64,000 bases of DNA from a bacterium (GTDB lineage Bacteria; Electryoneota; JAOADG01): assembly GCA_963681965.1 (NCBI GenBank), contig OY820579.1:2464001-2528000 (forward strand). The letters are read 5' to 3'. The stretch's first letter is position 1. Every line of letters starts with the position of its first letter. Of this stretch, positions 51,322 through 61,172 are shown piece by piece. Both the position numbers and the translations under genes were made by a program. Below the pieces are notes generated by a model. The model saw only the letters and a program-made list of their open reading frames with translations, did not search any database and had not been told where the DNA came from.

Positions 51322-51501
51322 TCATTTGGCGAGCTTCTTCAAAGTTGCATCTTGCTCACCCATCAACCGTTTGGTTGCGATAGCAACTTTCTTCCGGTGG
51401 CGTTTCCGTTCAGGTTTCACCACCAGATCAGTATTGCTATTTGCTGGAATTTCTTCGACAGCACTGAGACGTTTCGATTTCAATGTTCGCCGATTATTCA
51501 T
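51322..51501 (-). CDS. 59-aa antitoxin-like protein (Doc-partner-like C-terminus), below the ORF-track cutoff
   Basis: MNNRRTLKSK...ATKRLMGEQDATLKKLAK*; AAGGGA RBS; its stop overlaps ATG of a 9-codon stub MSFEPEFHC*. Confidence 0.5.
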   Translation of the reverse strand: MNNRRTLKSKRLSAVEEIPANSNTDLVVKPERKRHRKKVAIATKRLMGEQDATLKKLAK

Positions 51502-51600
51502 GGTAGTCCCTTACACGAAAATTCCTGCAATTTTGCATTTCAAATGCAAATATACAGGCTTACTCAATGTGAATACAGAATTCAAAGCAAGAGTAATCAT

Positions 51601-52509
51601 CTAGTTAAATCTGGCTGTTCGGCTTTCCATCGCTTCTTCGAACGACTCGTCGGTTATATGAGCATAAATCTGCGTATGGACGATGCTGCGATGTCCGAGC
51701 GCCTTCTGTACAACCAGAATATCGTGGTTCTTAGCATACAGCGAAGTGGCAAAGGTGTGCCGGAGTTTGTGGGGAGTGACTTGCTTCAGGATGCCTGCTC
51801 GTTTTACCCACTTCGACACGACGATTTGAAAGCCTCTGCTCACCATTCGACCGTATTGCTGGTTTACGAAAAGAGCATTCACGTTGCTGTCAGTTGCGAA
51901 GTGTTTTCGTTCACCTTGGATGTACTGATCTATGGCATCGCGAGTGATCGATGGAAGAAATTTGCGAATGGGGTTGCCACCTTTTGCTCGCTTGATGAAA
52001 AGATGTTTATCGGAGATATCAGCCAGTTCGATCTGTGCCAGCTCACCTACCCGGATTCCGGTATCGAGCAACACCCGGATGATCGCGTAGTCCCGTTGCT
52101 GATGAATATTGCGCGGGTAATCTCGCAGACAATCGAGCAGTTGCTTCTCCTCAGCTTCATTGAGGTAGGTCGGCGGCAACGGCTCAACATGTTTGATCTG
52201 CACGTGTTCCGCCGGGTTATCGGGAATATGACCATTTCGCTTTGCCCAGAGGAAAAACGATCGCAGTGCAGCCTTCATTCGGTTAATGGTATTCGCGTGT
52301 TTCATCGAGCCATCGGATTTGGTAGCGAACAATACGACAAAGCTGTCAATATCGCCGCTGGTAACGTTCTTGATAGTGGATATACCGGTAGCAGCAAAGA
52401 ACTCGAAGCAATGACCAAGGTCAGCAGTGAAGTTCTTGATAGTATGAGGCGACTTACTCTGAGCCAGCAAGTACGTCCGGTAGTCGACAATCAGTTGCTC
52501 AAAGCTCAC
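51601..52509 (-). CDS. XerC/D-like tyrosine recombinase
   Basis: SAM-like N-domain; full catalytic set GIRVGEL, AKGG, HKLRH, LGH, TQIY. Confidence 0.93.
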   Translation of the reverse strand: MSFEQLIVDYRTYLLAQSKSPHTIKNFTADLGHCFEFFAATGISTIKNVTSGDIDSFVVLFATKSDGSMKHANTINRMKAALRSFFLWAKRNGHIPDNPAEHVQIKHVEPLPPTYLNEAEEKQLLDCLRDYPRNIHQQRDYAIIRVLLDTGIRVGELAQIELADISDKHLFIKRAKGGNPIRKFLPSITRDAIDQYIQGERKHFATDSNVNALFVNQQYGRMVSRGFQIVVSKWVKRAGILKQVTPHKLRHTFATSLYAKNHDILVVQKALGHRSIVHTQIYAHITDESFEEAMESRTARFN

Positions 52510-52715
52510 TGTTCATCCTCCTCGATGGTGAACCATGTCCAGTTTGTGGCATGGCGGAACCACACTTCCAATCGTTGTCCTACGAACTCCGTCAGATCGA
52601 GGCACATTCGGAAATCGCCATACAATACAAGTTCTTTGCCATTGTCTCGTAAAAAATTGAATTGCAGTATCGATCCTTCTTGGGAAAAAGACTGCAGGGT
52701 TGCGAAACACTCCAT
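52506..52715 (-). CDS. Hypothetical protein
   Basis: AAGGAGG RBS; stop overlaps the recombinase GTG. Confidence 0.6.
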   Translation of the reverse strand: MECFATLQSFSQEGSILQFNFLRDNGKELVLYGDFRMCLDLTEFVGQRLEVWFRHATNWTWFTIEEDEQ

Positions 52716-52725
52716 TGTATCCTCC

Positions 52726-52998
52726 TTATCGTTTCAAACCGGCGACTTTACCGTCTTCGCCGAGGGTCAAGTTCGAGAAATAACCAGAGCGCAATCTCTT
52801 CCACTCACTCTTGGCGTGGTAACTAGGGACGTTTTCAAAGACGATTTTCACTTCGTAGCGGACCGCTACTCGGGAAAGTTTGAAGCGGTAAAATCGCGGT
52901 TTCCCATCGGCACCAGGGAAAGAGTTTTGCAGGTGCCCGTAACTGTCAAGTTTCCAGCCTTTGCTCTGTGCCCAGTCAATGAATTGTTCTCTGGTCAT
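52726..52998 (-). CDS. Hypothetical protein
   Basis: AGGAG RBS, ATGA overlap; MTREQFIDWAQSKGWKLDSYGHLQ. Confidence 0.7.
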   Translation of the reverse strand: MTREQFIDWAQSKGWKLDSYGHLQNSFPGADGKPRFYRFKLSRVAVRYEVKIVFENVPSYHAKSEWKRLRSGYFSNLTLGEDGKVAGLKR

Positions 52999-53297
52999 TG
53001 GTTATCTCCTGTGGTGATGGGTTCTAACTCTTCGCGTCGCACTTCGACCTGTACAAACGATCCGGTAAAGCCAATCTCAATCGCGAAATACAACGCGGGG
53101 TCTGGTGTACCGGGTGCGATTAGCAGTTGGGGGTATTGATCGATGTTGTATCTGGTTAAAAAAAGATTGGCTTCGGGATCGCTTGGTTCCGGTTGGTTCA
53201 TAAAGAAGCCGGTAATCTCGGCATTACGCGGGTGGGTCAAGTATCTCACTTGCTGTCCAAGCCTGTACTGGATTGGGTTTGCGGGTTGTGCTGGCAT
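52995..53297 (-). CDS. Hypothetical protein
   Basis: AAGGAG RBS; first gene of the minus-strand operon. Confidence 0.65.
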   Translation of the reverse strand: MPAQPANPIQYRLGQQVRYLTHPRNAEITGFFMNQPEPSDPEANLFLTRYNIDQYPQLLIAPGTPDPALYFAIEIGFTGSFVQVEVRREELEPITTGDNQ

Positions 53298-53375
53298 GAT
53301 GTCTCCTTCGTTTTTGGTGTGGACACATTACAGTCCCTGTGGCGGGAAAGCAAGTCTGGATAAGGGTTTCGGGAT

Positions 53376-54950
53376 ATGAGTGGAAGTGTAAAGAAAGCAA
53401 AGGCTTCGCAGGGCGCATCCGTCGCAATTCCATCGGGATTAGCCAGTGTTTTTACCGTTCTGGTCGATCCTGCGGTATGGGGGGAGCACTACCTCAAGAA
53501 CCCGGATGGAACGAGGCGTAGCTACTGGCAGCATCAATACAGCGACTTACGGTCACCGGCAAAACAGATTATCCATCAGGATGGTCGCGAGGTCGGCAAA
53601 ACAATCGTGTTAACTACTCTGGTGCTGCATTACGGATTTACGACTCATAATGGTTCGGGCTTGGTGGCAACCCCGCATCAAGGACATCTCGAAACAATTA
53701 TCGATGAGATCGAGCAGCAGATTTTCAACAATCCAACGCTGCTGGCAAGTGTCGCAAAAAACCGTTATGGCAATCCCGACATCAGCCAGAAACCGTATTA
53801 CCGCATCCGGTTCTCGACCGGGACAGTAATCCATTTCCGGCAGGCGGGCGATTCCGGTCAACCATTTCGGTCGTTGCATGTCGACCGGGTCTGGGTCGAT
53901 GAGGCAGCCTGGATGACTGAGCGGTCTTGGAAAGCACTTCGGCGTTGTCTGAATGAGGCAGGTGTGTTTCGGATTTATTCGACACCGAATGGTCTACGCG
54001 ACACCACTTACTACCGGTTAACGCAGGATAAAAATAAACGGTGGCAGGTGGTGCGATGGCCATCGTCACTGCATCCCAACTGGACCGTAGCTCGCGAAAA
54101 AGAACTGATGGAATTCTATGGTGGTCGCGATACCTCCGGTTTCCAGCATGAGGTATTAGGGGAACATGGCAGTCCAACGTACTCGGCATTCCCAGTTGAT
54201 TCGATTCGCATTGCATTGACTGACATCCCGGAATACCAACGCGTGATTCTCACCGGTAATGAATTATCCGATTGCGAAACTGAGGATGCGATTCGGGCGA
54301 GACTCGATATGCTTGTCGGTCTGACTCCACAAAAAGGGAAGTTTTGGCTCGGTGGCGACCTCGGTTATACATCCGATCCATGCGAATTATTGGTGTGGCA
54401 GGAAGATGAAACCGGCAAGTTGTCACTGGTCTACCGGTTACATGCCGAGCATGTCGCCTATCCGATTATCGCGGAGCTGATTGCGGTGATGGATGATTAT
54501 TTCGGATTTGTAGGACTCGGTGTTGACGAAGGTGGTAATGGACTGGCGGTTGTTCAGGAACTGACCACACTCGACAAGTTTTCCGATGCGCGTTTCTCCG
54601 ACCGTTTACTTGGTTTCAACTTCGGAAGTTCGACTGTGATCGGATATACCGACGAAGGGAAGCAACGAAAAAAGCGCACCAAGGAGTTGATGACGAGTCT
54701 GATTAATGGTCGACTGTCGCAACGAACGATTCGTTTTCCCAACGACGATCCTGAAATCGAGGATCAGTTTACCACTCACACCTACAGCATGTCCGAAGGA
54801 AAGATCATCTATTCCAAGGGACGCGACCACATTATCGATGCAACGCGCTGCGCGATGCTGCGGGTGTATCTGGAAGAAATCAAAGAACTGAGGCCGGAAG
54901 TCGAAGAGGCAGCCTTAATGCCGCTTACCACTGATCCGTTATTTACGTGA
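53376..54950 (+). CDS. terL: Terminase large subunit
   Basis: GREVGKT Walker A, WVDEAA Walker B, YSTPNG, GGDLG nuclease, DHIIDA. Confidence 0.9.
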   Translation: MSGSVKKAKASQGASVAIPSGLASVFTVLVDPAVWGEHYLKNPDGTRRSYWQHQYSDLRSPAKQIIHQDGREVGKTIVLTTLVLHYGFTTHNGSGLVATPHQGHLETIIDEIEQQIFNNPTLLASVAKNRYGNPDISQKPYYRIRFSTGTVIHFRQAGDSGQPFRSLHVDRVWVDEAAWMTERSWKALRRCLNEAGVFRIYSTPNGLRDTTYYRLTQDKNKRWQVVRWPSSLHPNWTVAREKELMEFYGGRDTSGFQHEVLGEHGSPTYSAFPVDSIRIALTDIPEYQRVILTGNELSDCETEDAIRARLDMLVGLTPQKGKFWLGGDLGYTSDPCELLVWQEDETGKLSLVYRLHAEHVAYPIIAELIAVMDDYFGFVGLGVDEGGNGLAVVQELTTLDKFSDARFSDRLLGFNFGSSTVIGYTDEGKQRKKRTKELMTSLINGRLSQRTIRFPNDDPEIEDQFTTHTYSMSEGKIIYSKGRDHIIDATRCAMLRVYLEEIKELRPEVEEAALMPLTTDPLFT

Positions 54951-54958
54951 GGATTCCA

Positions 54959-56398
54959 ATGAAACTATGGCCGTTTACTACTGCACCAAAACCGATGGAA
55001 ACAACCACGATCACGATTCTCGATGATTCGATGGGTGCTGCCGCCGATATCTCCGGAACATTTTCGTCGGAATACACTGTGCAAGGGATTCCGACCATCT
55101 GGGAGGAACGCGGCAAGCTCGCCTGGCAATACTACACCGAGGAACCGATTGTCAACAACGCGATCAATGCCTGGCGTACGTTCGCTATCGGTGATGAGAT
55201 ACAGGTGACTTCCGATGATGAAGAAACCCGTAAAGCCGCACGTGATCTGTTCAAGCGACTAGCGTTGAATGACTTCGTTCGCGACATGATCCTGCAATTG
55301 CTGGTCAAAGGCGAATGCATGGGTTACAAGACCTACGGTGGACAGAAAAAGAAAACCGTTGGCGGTAAGGAAGGATATTCCGAGATCGAACAGATCTGGT
55401 GTCTGAATCCGGTTTCGGTTCAGTTCCAACTGGATAAGGGCGAGATCGTAAAGATTATTCAGAAAACCGAAGATGCTGTTGGCATTACCTCCGGTAGTGA
55501 GATCGAACTCAATTCCGGACAGTTCTATCACCAGAAATGGAACAGTCCCCAGTTTAACTCGCGTGGCAACTCGATGGTACTCCCGGCATTCGAGTCGATT
55601 GAGCTGATGCGCGACTACCGGCGTGCCGAGCGTGCCATCGCCAAGCGGTGGACGACTCCGCTTCGTTTTATCACGGTTGGTGGCAAGTTCGGTGATAAGG
55701 TAGTAATGCCGACGCAGAAGATGCTGCAGCAGGTGCGCGATACGATCAATAAAATGGATTTAAAGTCGGGTATGGTCGTTCCGTTCTATGTCGATGTGAA
55801 AACCTACGGCGCCGAAGGAATTGTTCTCAATACCGAAGAGAAAGTCAAAGAGATCAAATCCGATATCGTTGTTGCCCTCGGTTTTGTCAAATCACTGATT
55901 ACCGGTGAGGGTCCCAACTTTGCCACCGCCAGTGTCGGTTTCTCCAAAGTTATTCTGATGCTGAAGGAGATCAAGCAGATTGCTCGCGACGTGTTGACCT
56001 GGATTTTCGACGACTGGAAGGAATTGAACGGCTGGCAGGACAAACACATCGACTTCATTTTTTCCGATATCGATCTCACCAATGAAGATGGTCAGAAGAA
56101 GATGCTGGTCGAGCTGTATGATCGGAAAATCATCTCCATCGATACGCTACAATCGAAGTTGGGTCTGCGCCCCGAAGTGGAGGCTGCCAATCAAGTCGAG
56201 GAGCGGAAGAGTACCATCGATTCCCTCACGATCAAGGACATCGCGACTCTGATCGCATCAGGAGTGGTCTCGGTGCAGACCGTACAGGAACATCTCGGAC
56301 TTGATCCTGTTACCGAGGATAAAAACATGAAACAATCCGATGCGCAGAGTGTAGCAGACATTTATGCATCGGTTGATTTGCCGGATGTTCTCCAATGA
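54959..56398 (+). CDS. Phage portal protein
   Basis: Position between terL and MuF; ~480 aa; LNPVSV, RGNSMVLPAF, NFATASV. Confidence 0.8.
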   Translation: MKLWPFTTAPKPMETTTITILDDSMGAAADISGTFSSEYTVQGIPTIWEERGKLAWQYYTEEPIVNNAINAWRTFAIGDEIQVTSDDEETRKAARDLFKRLALNDFVRDMILQLLVKGECMGYKTYGGQKKKTVGGKEGYSEIEQIWCLNPVSVQFQLDKGEIVKIIQKTEDAVGITSGSEIELNSGQFYHQKWNSPQFNSRGNSMVLPAFESIELMRDYRRAERAIAKRWTTPLRFITVGGKFGDKVVMPTQKMLQQVRDTINKMDLKSGMVVPFYVDVKTYGAEGIVLNTEEKVKEIKSDIVVALGFVKSLITGEGPNFATASVGFSKVILMLKEIKQIARDVLTWIFDDWKELNGWQDKHIDFIFSDIDLTNEDGQKKMLVELYDRKIISIDTLQSKLGLRPEVEAANQVEERKSTIDSLTIKDIATLIASGVVSVQTVQEHLGLDPVTEDKNMKQSDAQSVADIYASVDLPDVLQ

Positions 56399-59300
56399 CA
56401 CAGCAAGAACGAATAATAGCGGAAACGGCGAAGAGTCTGGCAGCAGTCGACAAATACAGCGACCGCCAGATTAAGTCTTTGTTGCAATCGCTCCAGCAAT
56501 CCTCCGTCCAGATCAGGGGTGAGCTGCTGTCGCTCGCCGGTCGTGGTTCGGCAACGCCGGGATTGCAGATTCGTCAGGATCAACTGCTGGCGATTCAGAA
56601 GCGCATCGATGCGATTATCAGTCAGCTCAATGAACAGCAATCGGTTCTATTTACTGGGATAACAAAAGATTCGTTCCAGAATGGTGTGCATTCCGCGATC
56701 AGTGAGTTCGGTAACATTGGTTTCCCAACATACGATTCGCTCAATCAATCTGACCGGTTGGCATTAGCTACCGATGCCATGAGTGTGATCGATACCCAGG
56801 CGCTTGATTTTCTTACAAACTATCATCTGCAACTGCTTGGAAATGTTTCGCAGCAATTAGCTGACAGTATCAAGCAGGAATTAAACACCGGAATCATTAC
56901 TGGTTCTAGTATCGCCGACGTGGTCGAAAAAATTGGTGGTGTCATACCCAACCCAGACGAGTTCCGGGTAGCTGGTAAGACCGTTTTCAAAACTGCACAA
57001 CAGCGCATCGAAACGATTACCCGCACCGAGATCTTGCGGGCGCATAACCAAGGTCGGGCAAAATTCTACCAAACAGTTGGTGTCCAGAAAGTTACCTGGA
57101 TTACGGCGCAGGATGAACGCACCTGCCGGGAATGTGCCCCGCTCGATGGTAAGGAATTTCCTATTGCGGAAGCACCATCACTTCCCCGTCACCCGATGTG
57201 CCGGTGTACCACTTTCGTTTCGGCACCGCTTACGATCTGTGGACAAGGTGAACCAATTGCGATGGCAGCAGCAACGGGGGCTGGATGTATCATGCCTGCC
57301 ACCCAAGTTCAGCAACTGTCGAAAGTGCAACAAGCCAGTACTGCCAAGGTACAGCAGGCATTCCAGAGTGGTGATCCGGCACAGTTGCAACTTCTCACCA
57401 TCAAAGAGATTCAGGGTCTGGCAATGCAGAATGGAGTCGCCATTGCCCGTACCAAGAGTGATTTTATTGCATTGCTGGATCAAGCGGAAATCGGCATCGA
57501 TCATTCGCAGCTTGGTGGACCCGCACTCAAGGCGAAACTGGCACAGTATAAAATCGGAGCGCTCCGCAGCAAAGACGAACTAGTCAAGTTGCTGCTCCAG
57601 AAAAAGCAATCCGTTTCCCAAGTTGTCACCCAAACAATACCCGTCGTGCAGCAACAGGCGCTGATTGATCTCGCAAAACAAGAACTAGATCAGTTGACGA
57701 GTGCAGTATCGTTTCCAACGAGCGTTACAGATTATCAGTCGTTTCTTGCATCGGTATCTGCGGTGGAAAGTAAGATTGCTGCTCTTTCCGGTGATCAGGC
57801 TTATGTGAACATTATCAGTCAGCCGTTGCAAAATATGCAACAACTGAAATCAAGCTGGCAGGCATCGCTTACCGCAAAATCATCCAGTGATCTGAAAACA
57901 CTGGCTAAGGATGCGAAACTTACTCACTGGCAATGGGCATCGAAAGATGAAGTAGTAACACTTCTTTCGTCGAACGATCCGGTACAACGGCAGGGTGCGG
58001 TTGCATCCATAGAGTCCAAGTATGCAAAATGGGCAGAAAAACATGGCGGTAAGTCAGTTAAATCGCAGGCGATCCTTCCCTCGCCACCTCGCGCCCCCTC
58101 GTTGCTCAAGCCAGCAGTTAAACCTATTACTCAAACAGTTGTTACTCCGATTCCACTTTCCCGTTATTTCGATCCAACGGCAGCACTCACTCATACCGAA
58201 CGAGATCAATTGTGGGAGCAGGTTCGGCTACAACCAGATCAGCATTTCAAGTTCAAACGGCATGCGAATGATCTTGGTGGTGGACACCCAAAGGATATTT
58301 TCGTTGATGCTCGAGGACAGGAATGGATGTTCAAGCCAGTAGATGCTGGTTCCGAATTTGCTGCTGAGGCGGAAACTGCTGCCTACAAGATCGGTCGCAT
58401 CGTCGATGACAATATGGTGGAAGTTCGGGTTGTCAAATTAAATGGACAAACCGGAACGATTCAACGAATGATCGCCGAACTGTCAGACAAATCCGATCTC
58501 ACTTTTTTCGAACCCAGTAAATTTAGTGCTGACGAAATTGAGCAACTGCAGCGCCACCGCGTTATCGACTGGTTGGTCTCCAATCACGATGGTCACGTTG
58601 CCCAGTTCCTTCGTACCCAGGATGGTCGTCTTATCGGAATCGATAAGGGACAGGCGTGGCGATACTTCCCGAATGACAAGCTAGGAATCGACTATCATCC
58701 CAATAGCCGGTTCGGTGAACGGGAGCCGGTATACAACACACTGTTCCGGATGCAGAAAAATGGTGAGATAACTCTCCCATGGCAGCCGATTCTCGATACG
58801 ATCAAGCGACTGGAACAACTCAGTGATGATGAATTGTGGTCGTACGTCGAATCCTATGCGACCGGTCGTTTCCAAAACGACAGTGCCGGTCTCCGTAAAT
58901 TCAAACTGATGCTGGTCGACCGCAAGAACAACCTGCGCAGGGATTTTGAAGCATACATCAAGACCGTTGACAAAAAGTTCAAGGGATTTGATGCCGTAAC
59001 TGCAGAATCGAAAGCGAGCGGAAAAGTTGTTGATCCAAAACGGAAACAAGCCGAGGAATTAATCAAGAAAGTCGATGATGCAGGTTGGCAGGGAGTCACC
59101 ATAGATTTTGATAGTGGCGATGTAGAAGACATGAACCTGCTCGTATTCACTGAAAAAGTAAACGGTAAGCCCCGCACTGCCGTGAAAATGAAGTTGTTGA
59201 AAGATGCCGATCAACGGGTACATAAACTGATCAAAGGGCTAATTGAACCAGATGCAGCAGTAGGTCAACCACTTCCGGAAGATCACTACTTTGACACAAT

Positions 59301-60708
59301 TGTATCTGCATTGAAAACGATTCAATCTGGTTCCAAAAAAACTACCAAAATTGATGCGGCAACTAGTTTCCTGAATGAATTGAATTCGCTGCGCGTTTCC
59401 AGCGATCCTGACATCAAGGCAATGGCGGAGCGTTACCATTACTGGATCAATGTGATCAAGAATTGGCAGAATGCTGGTAACACAGGACTTATACCAGAAA
59501 TCGAAAGTGGTCAACATCTTGATCTGTATCTCAAAATGCCGCCAGCTAAAAAGGCGGGCAAGAAGACTGCTTCATTTTCTGTAAAAAAGGGGACTGTTAG
59601 CTTTGAATCGCGGGTCGCCAAGGGGAAAGAAATCGAGGTAAAAGGCAATCGCCGAGGCGCTGGTCAGATCTTTCATCGCGGTGACACCTCTGTTCAGTAT
59701 CAGATTGACTTTGGTGACGGGACTACCGCATACTATACCCCCACTGTATCAGCCAACAACAGTTTATTCGCGGTGAATGGTGAAATCGAGTTCTTTGTCG
59801 ATGGAAAAGCAACTCCTGAACTTTTAGATCGCATTATTCAGCACTCGAATACACTTGGTATCAATGGTAAAATAGCGACTGACGAGGACATCGAATTGAT
59901 GTATTTGCTTAAGCATGGGTACGTCTTGAAGGATGTGGAACAATCCGGTTACAAACAACTTCTGGATAATTTCGAATCTACCAAAGCATCCACAACTGAG
60001 CGCATCCGAGTATTGCGTGACTATTGGTCGAAAAAAATGGGTGTGAAGGATGTAACCAAGGTCCCAAGTTATCAGCCACAAGGTGTATTGCAATTCGGCA
60101 CCACCGGTGGCATCCAACAAGCTGGTCATCGGGTACAAATGCGGTTCGATTTGAGTGATGCAATGTTGGAAAAGCAGTTGCCTGGTGTCTCGCTAGTACA
60201 CTCGCTTACCAATGATTATGGACATATTGTTGAGTTTTTCGATCAAGTGTTGGCTGGCAATGGAACACTCGTAAGTACGGTGGAAAAGTTGCGTTGCGGA
60301 ATACCGGTGGGTGGAATGTCGCCTGCAGAAGATATGTCCAGTGGTGGTGCTACCTATGTATTTACTCGCATAAAATCTGCTACTGACAGTCGATCAGAAG
60401 GTATTTACTTCAAAAAGAGCATGCTTAGAAGGCTCGATGCGATCAGTTACGATCATGATAAGTACGGTCGAGTCACTGGTAATGACGTGATCGAGAATCG
60501 GCACAGTACGATTGATGGATTTCGTCACTGTGCAGGCCGTTCTGGTAATGAAACCATTTTCAAATACACAGTGACATTATTGGATAACATTGAGGAAGTT
60601 CGGGTTAATCAGGGTCGTCGTAGTAAGATGCTGGAAGTATTCAAGAGGCATGGCATCAGCCGGTTGCCAGATGGTAGAAAAGTCGAAGAAGTAGTTAAGG
60701 ACTCCTAA
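56395..60708 (+). CDS. MuF (SPP1 gp7-like) minor head protein with a long extension: HeH-like repeats, HipA/PI3K-like kinase domain, ART-like C-terminus
   Basis: TRTE..RAHNQG, W.TAQDERTC..C..LDG, PRHPMCRC; LGGGHPK...WMFKP...DWLVSNHDGH...IDKG; LVHSL...GGATYVFTR...NETIFK. Confidence 0.85.
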   Translation: MTQQERIIAETAKSLAAVDKYSDRQIKSLLQSLQQSSVQIRGELLSLAGRGSATPGLQIRQDQLLAIQKRIDAIISQLNEQQSVLFTGITKDSFQNGVHSAISEFGNIGFPTYDSLNQSDRLALATDAMSVIDTQALDFLTNYHLQLLGNVSQQLADSIKQELNTGIITGSSIADVVEKIGGVIPNPDEFRVAGKTVFKTAQQRIETITRTEILRAHNQGRAKFYQTVGVQKVTWITAQDERTCRECAPLDGKEFPIAEAPSLPRHPMCRCTTFVSAPLTICGQGEPIAMAAATGAGCIMPATQVQQLSKVQQASTAKVQQAFQSGDPAQLQLLTIKEIQGLAMQNGVAIARTKSDFIALLDQAEIGIDHSQLGGPALKAKLAQYKIGALRSKDELVKLLLQKKQSVSQVVTQTIPVVQQQALIDLAKQELDQLTSAVSFPTSVTDYQSFLASVSAVESKIAALSGDQAYVNIISQPLQNMQQLKSSWQASLTAKSSSDLKTLAKDAKLTHWQWASKDEVVTLLSSNDPVQRQGAVASIESKYAKWAEKHGGKSVKSQAILPSPPRAPSLLKPAVKPITQTVVTPIPLSRYFDPTAALTHTERDQLWEQVRLQPDQHFKFKRHANDLGGGHPKDIFVDARGQEWMFKPVDAGSEFAAEAETAAYKIGRIVDDNMVEVRVVKLNGQTGTIQRMIAELSDKSDLTFFEPSKFSADEIEQLQRHRVIDWLVSNHDGHVAQFLRTQDGRLIGIDKGQAWRYFPNDKLGIDYHPNSRFGEREPVYNTLFRMQKNGEITLPWQPILDTIKRLEQLSDDELWSYVESYATGRFQNDSAGLRKFKLMLVDRKNNLRRDFEAYIKTVDKKFKGFDAVTAESKASGKVVDPKRKQAEELIKKVDDAGWQGVTIDFDSGDVEDMNLLVFTEKVNGKPRTAVKMKLLKDADQRVHKLIKGLIEPDAAVGQPLPEDHYFDTIVSALKTIQSGSKKTTKIDAATSFLNELNSLRVSSDPDIKAMAERYHYWINVIKNWQNAGNTGLIPEIESGQHLDLYLKMPPAKKAGKKTASFSVKKGTVSFESRVAKGKEIEVKGNRRGAGQIFHRGDTSVQYQIDFGDGTTAYYTPTVSANNSLFAVNGEIEFFVDGKATPELLDRIIQHSNTLGINGKIATDEDIELMYLLKHGYVLKDVEQSGYKQLLDNFESTKASTTERIRVLRDYWSKKMGVKDVTKVPSYQPQGVLQFGTTGGIQQAGHRVQMRFDLSDAMLEKQLPGVSLVHSLTNDYGHIVEFFDQVLAGNGTLVSTVEKLRCGIPVGGMSPAEDMSSGGATYVFTRIKSATDSRSEGIYFKKSMLRRLDAISYDHDKYGRVTGNDVIENRHSTIDGFRHCAGRSGNETIFKYTVTLLDNIEEVRVNQGRRSKMLEVFKRHGISRLPDGRKVEEVVKDS

Positions 60709-60710
60709 TC

Positions 60711-61172
60711 ATGAACATGAATTTGGCAGATGAAATTATTCGCATTCAGGCAATCTTCGATGATATTATGAAATCAGGTTCGTGGATTCTAGTGGAATTC
60801 GCGAAGGACGATACCCTGGATCTCGATATCGGATGTTACTACAAAGTGTTAAAGGTGATGCCCGGCTTCGATGCAGCAGGCAACCTGATAGATACTGATT
60901 TCTGGTTGCTCTTTTGTACTGCAGGTTATGAAGATGACAGCCATCATGGACACGTCAAGAAAATTCTTGACATGACAAATACTGAGTTTGGTGTCGACTT
61001 GCAGACTTCGGATGGTGAATATCTCCACATTGAGCGGATTTGCTTTGGTGTGGATACACAGCATGAATCGAGATGGCAACAGTACCAGCGGTTGGTTGCT
61101 GACAATCCTGAAAAGTACACGGAATTACAGATTGCGTATGTCGCTGATGCGCTATCACGGATGGAGGACTAA
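60711..61172 (+). CDS. Acidic hypothetical protein, candidate immunity protein 1
   Basis: Starts 2 nt after the muF stop. Confidence 0.65.
   Translation: MNMNLADEIIRIQAIFDDIMKSGSWILVEFAKDDTLDLDIGCYYKVLKVMPGFDAAGNLIDTDFWLLFCTAGYEDDSHHGHVKKILDMTNTEFGVDLQTSDGEYLHIERICFGVDTQHESRWQQYQRLVADNPEKYTELQIAYVADALSRMED

Larger units (their letters stand above)
50341..53379 (+). other. Near-continuous open frame (932 aa + TGA TCG + 78 aa) antisense to the inserted cassette, linking terS to terL
   Basis: ATG 50341 overlaps the terS stop; only internal stop at 53137-39; ATG at 53143; final TGA overlaps the terL ATG (ATGA 53376-79). The product has no recognisable fold. Confidence 0.6.

Noticed and set aside
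50341-53139. Calling the 932-aa ORF a conventional protein-coding gene
   Set aside because: No motifs, odd Ser/Cys-rich composition, and the opposite strand encodes a clear recombinase. Kept only as a translated-frame hypothesis.
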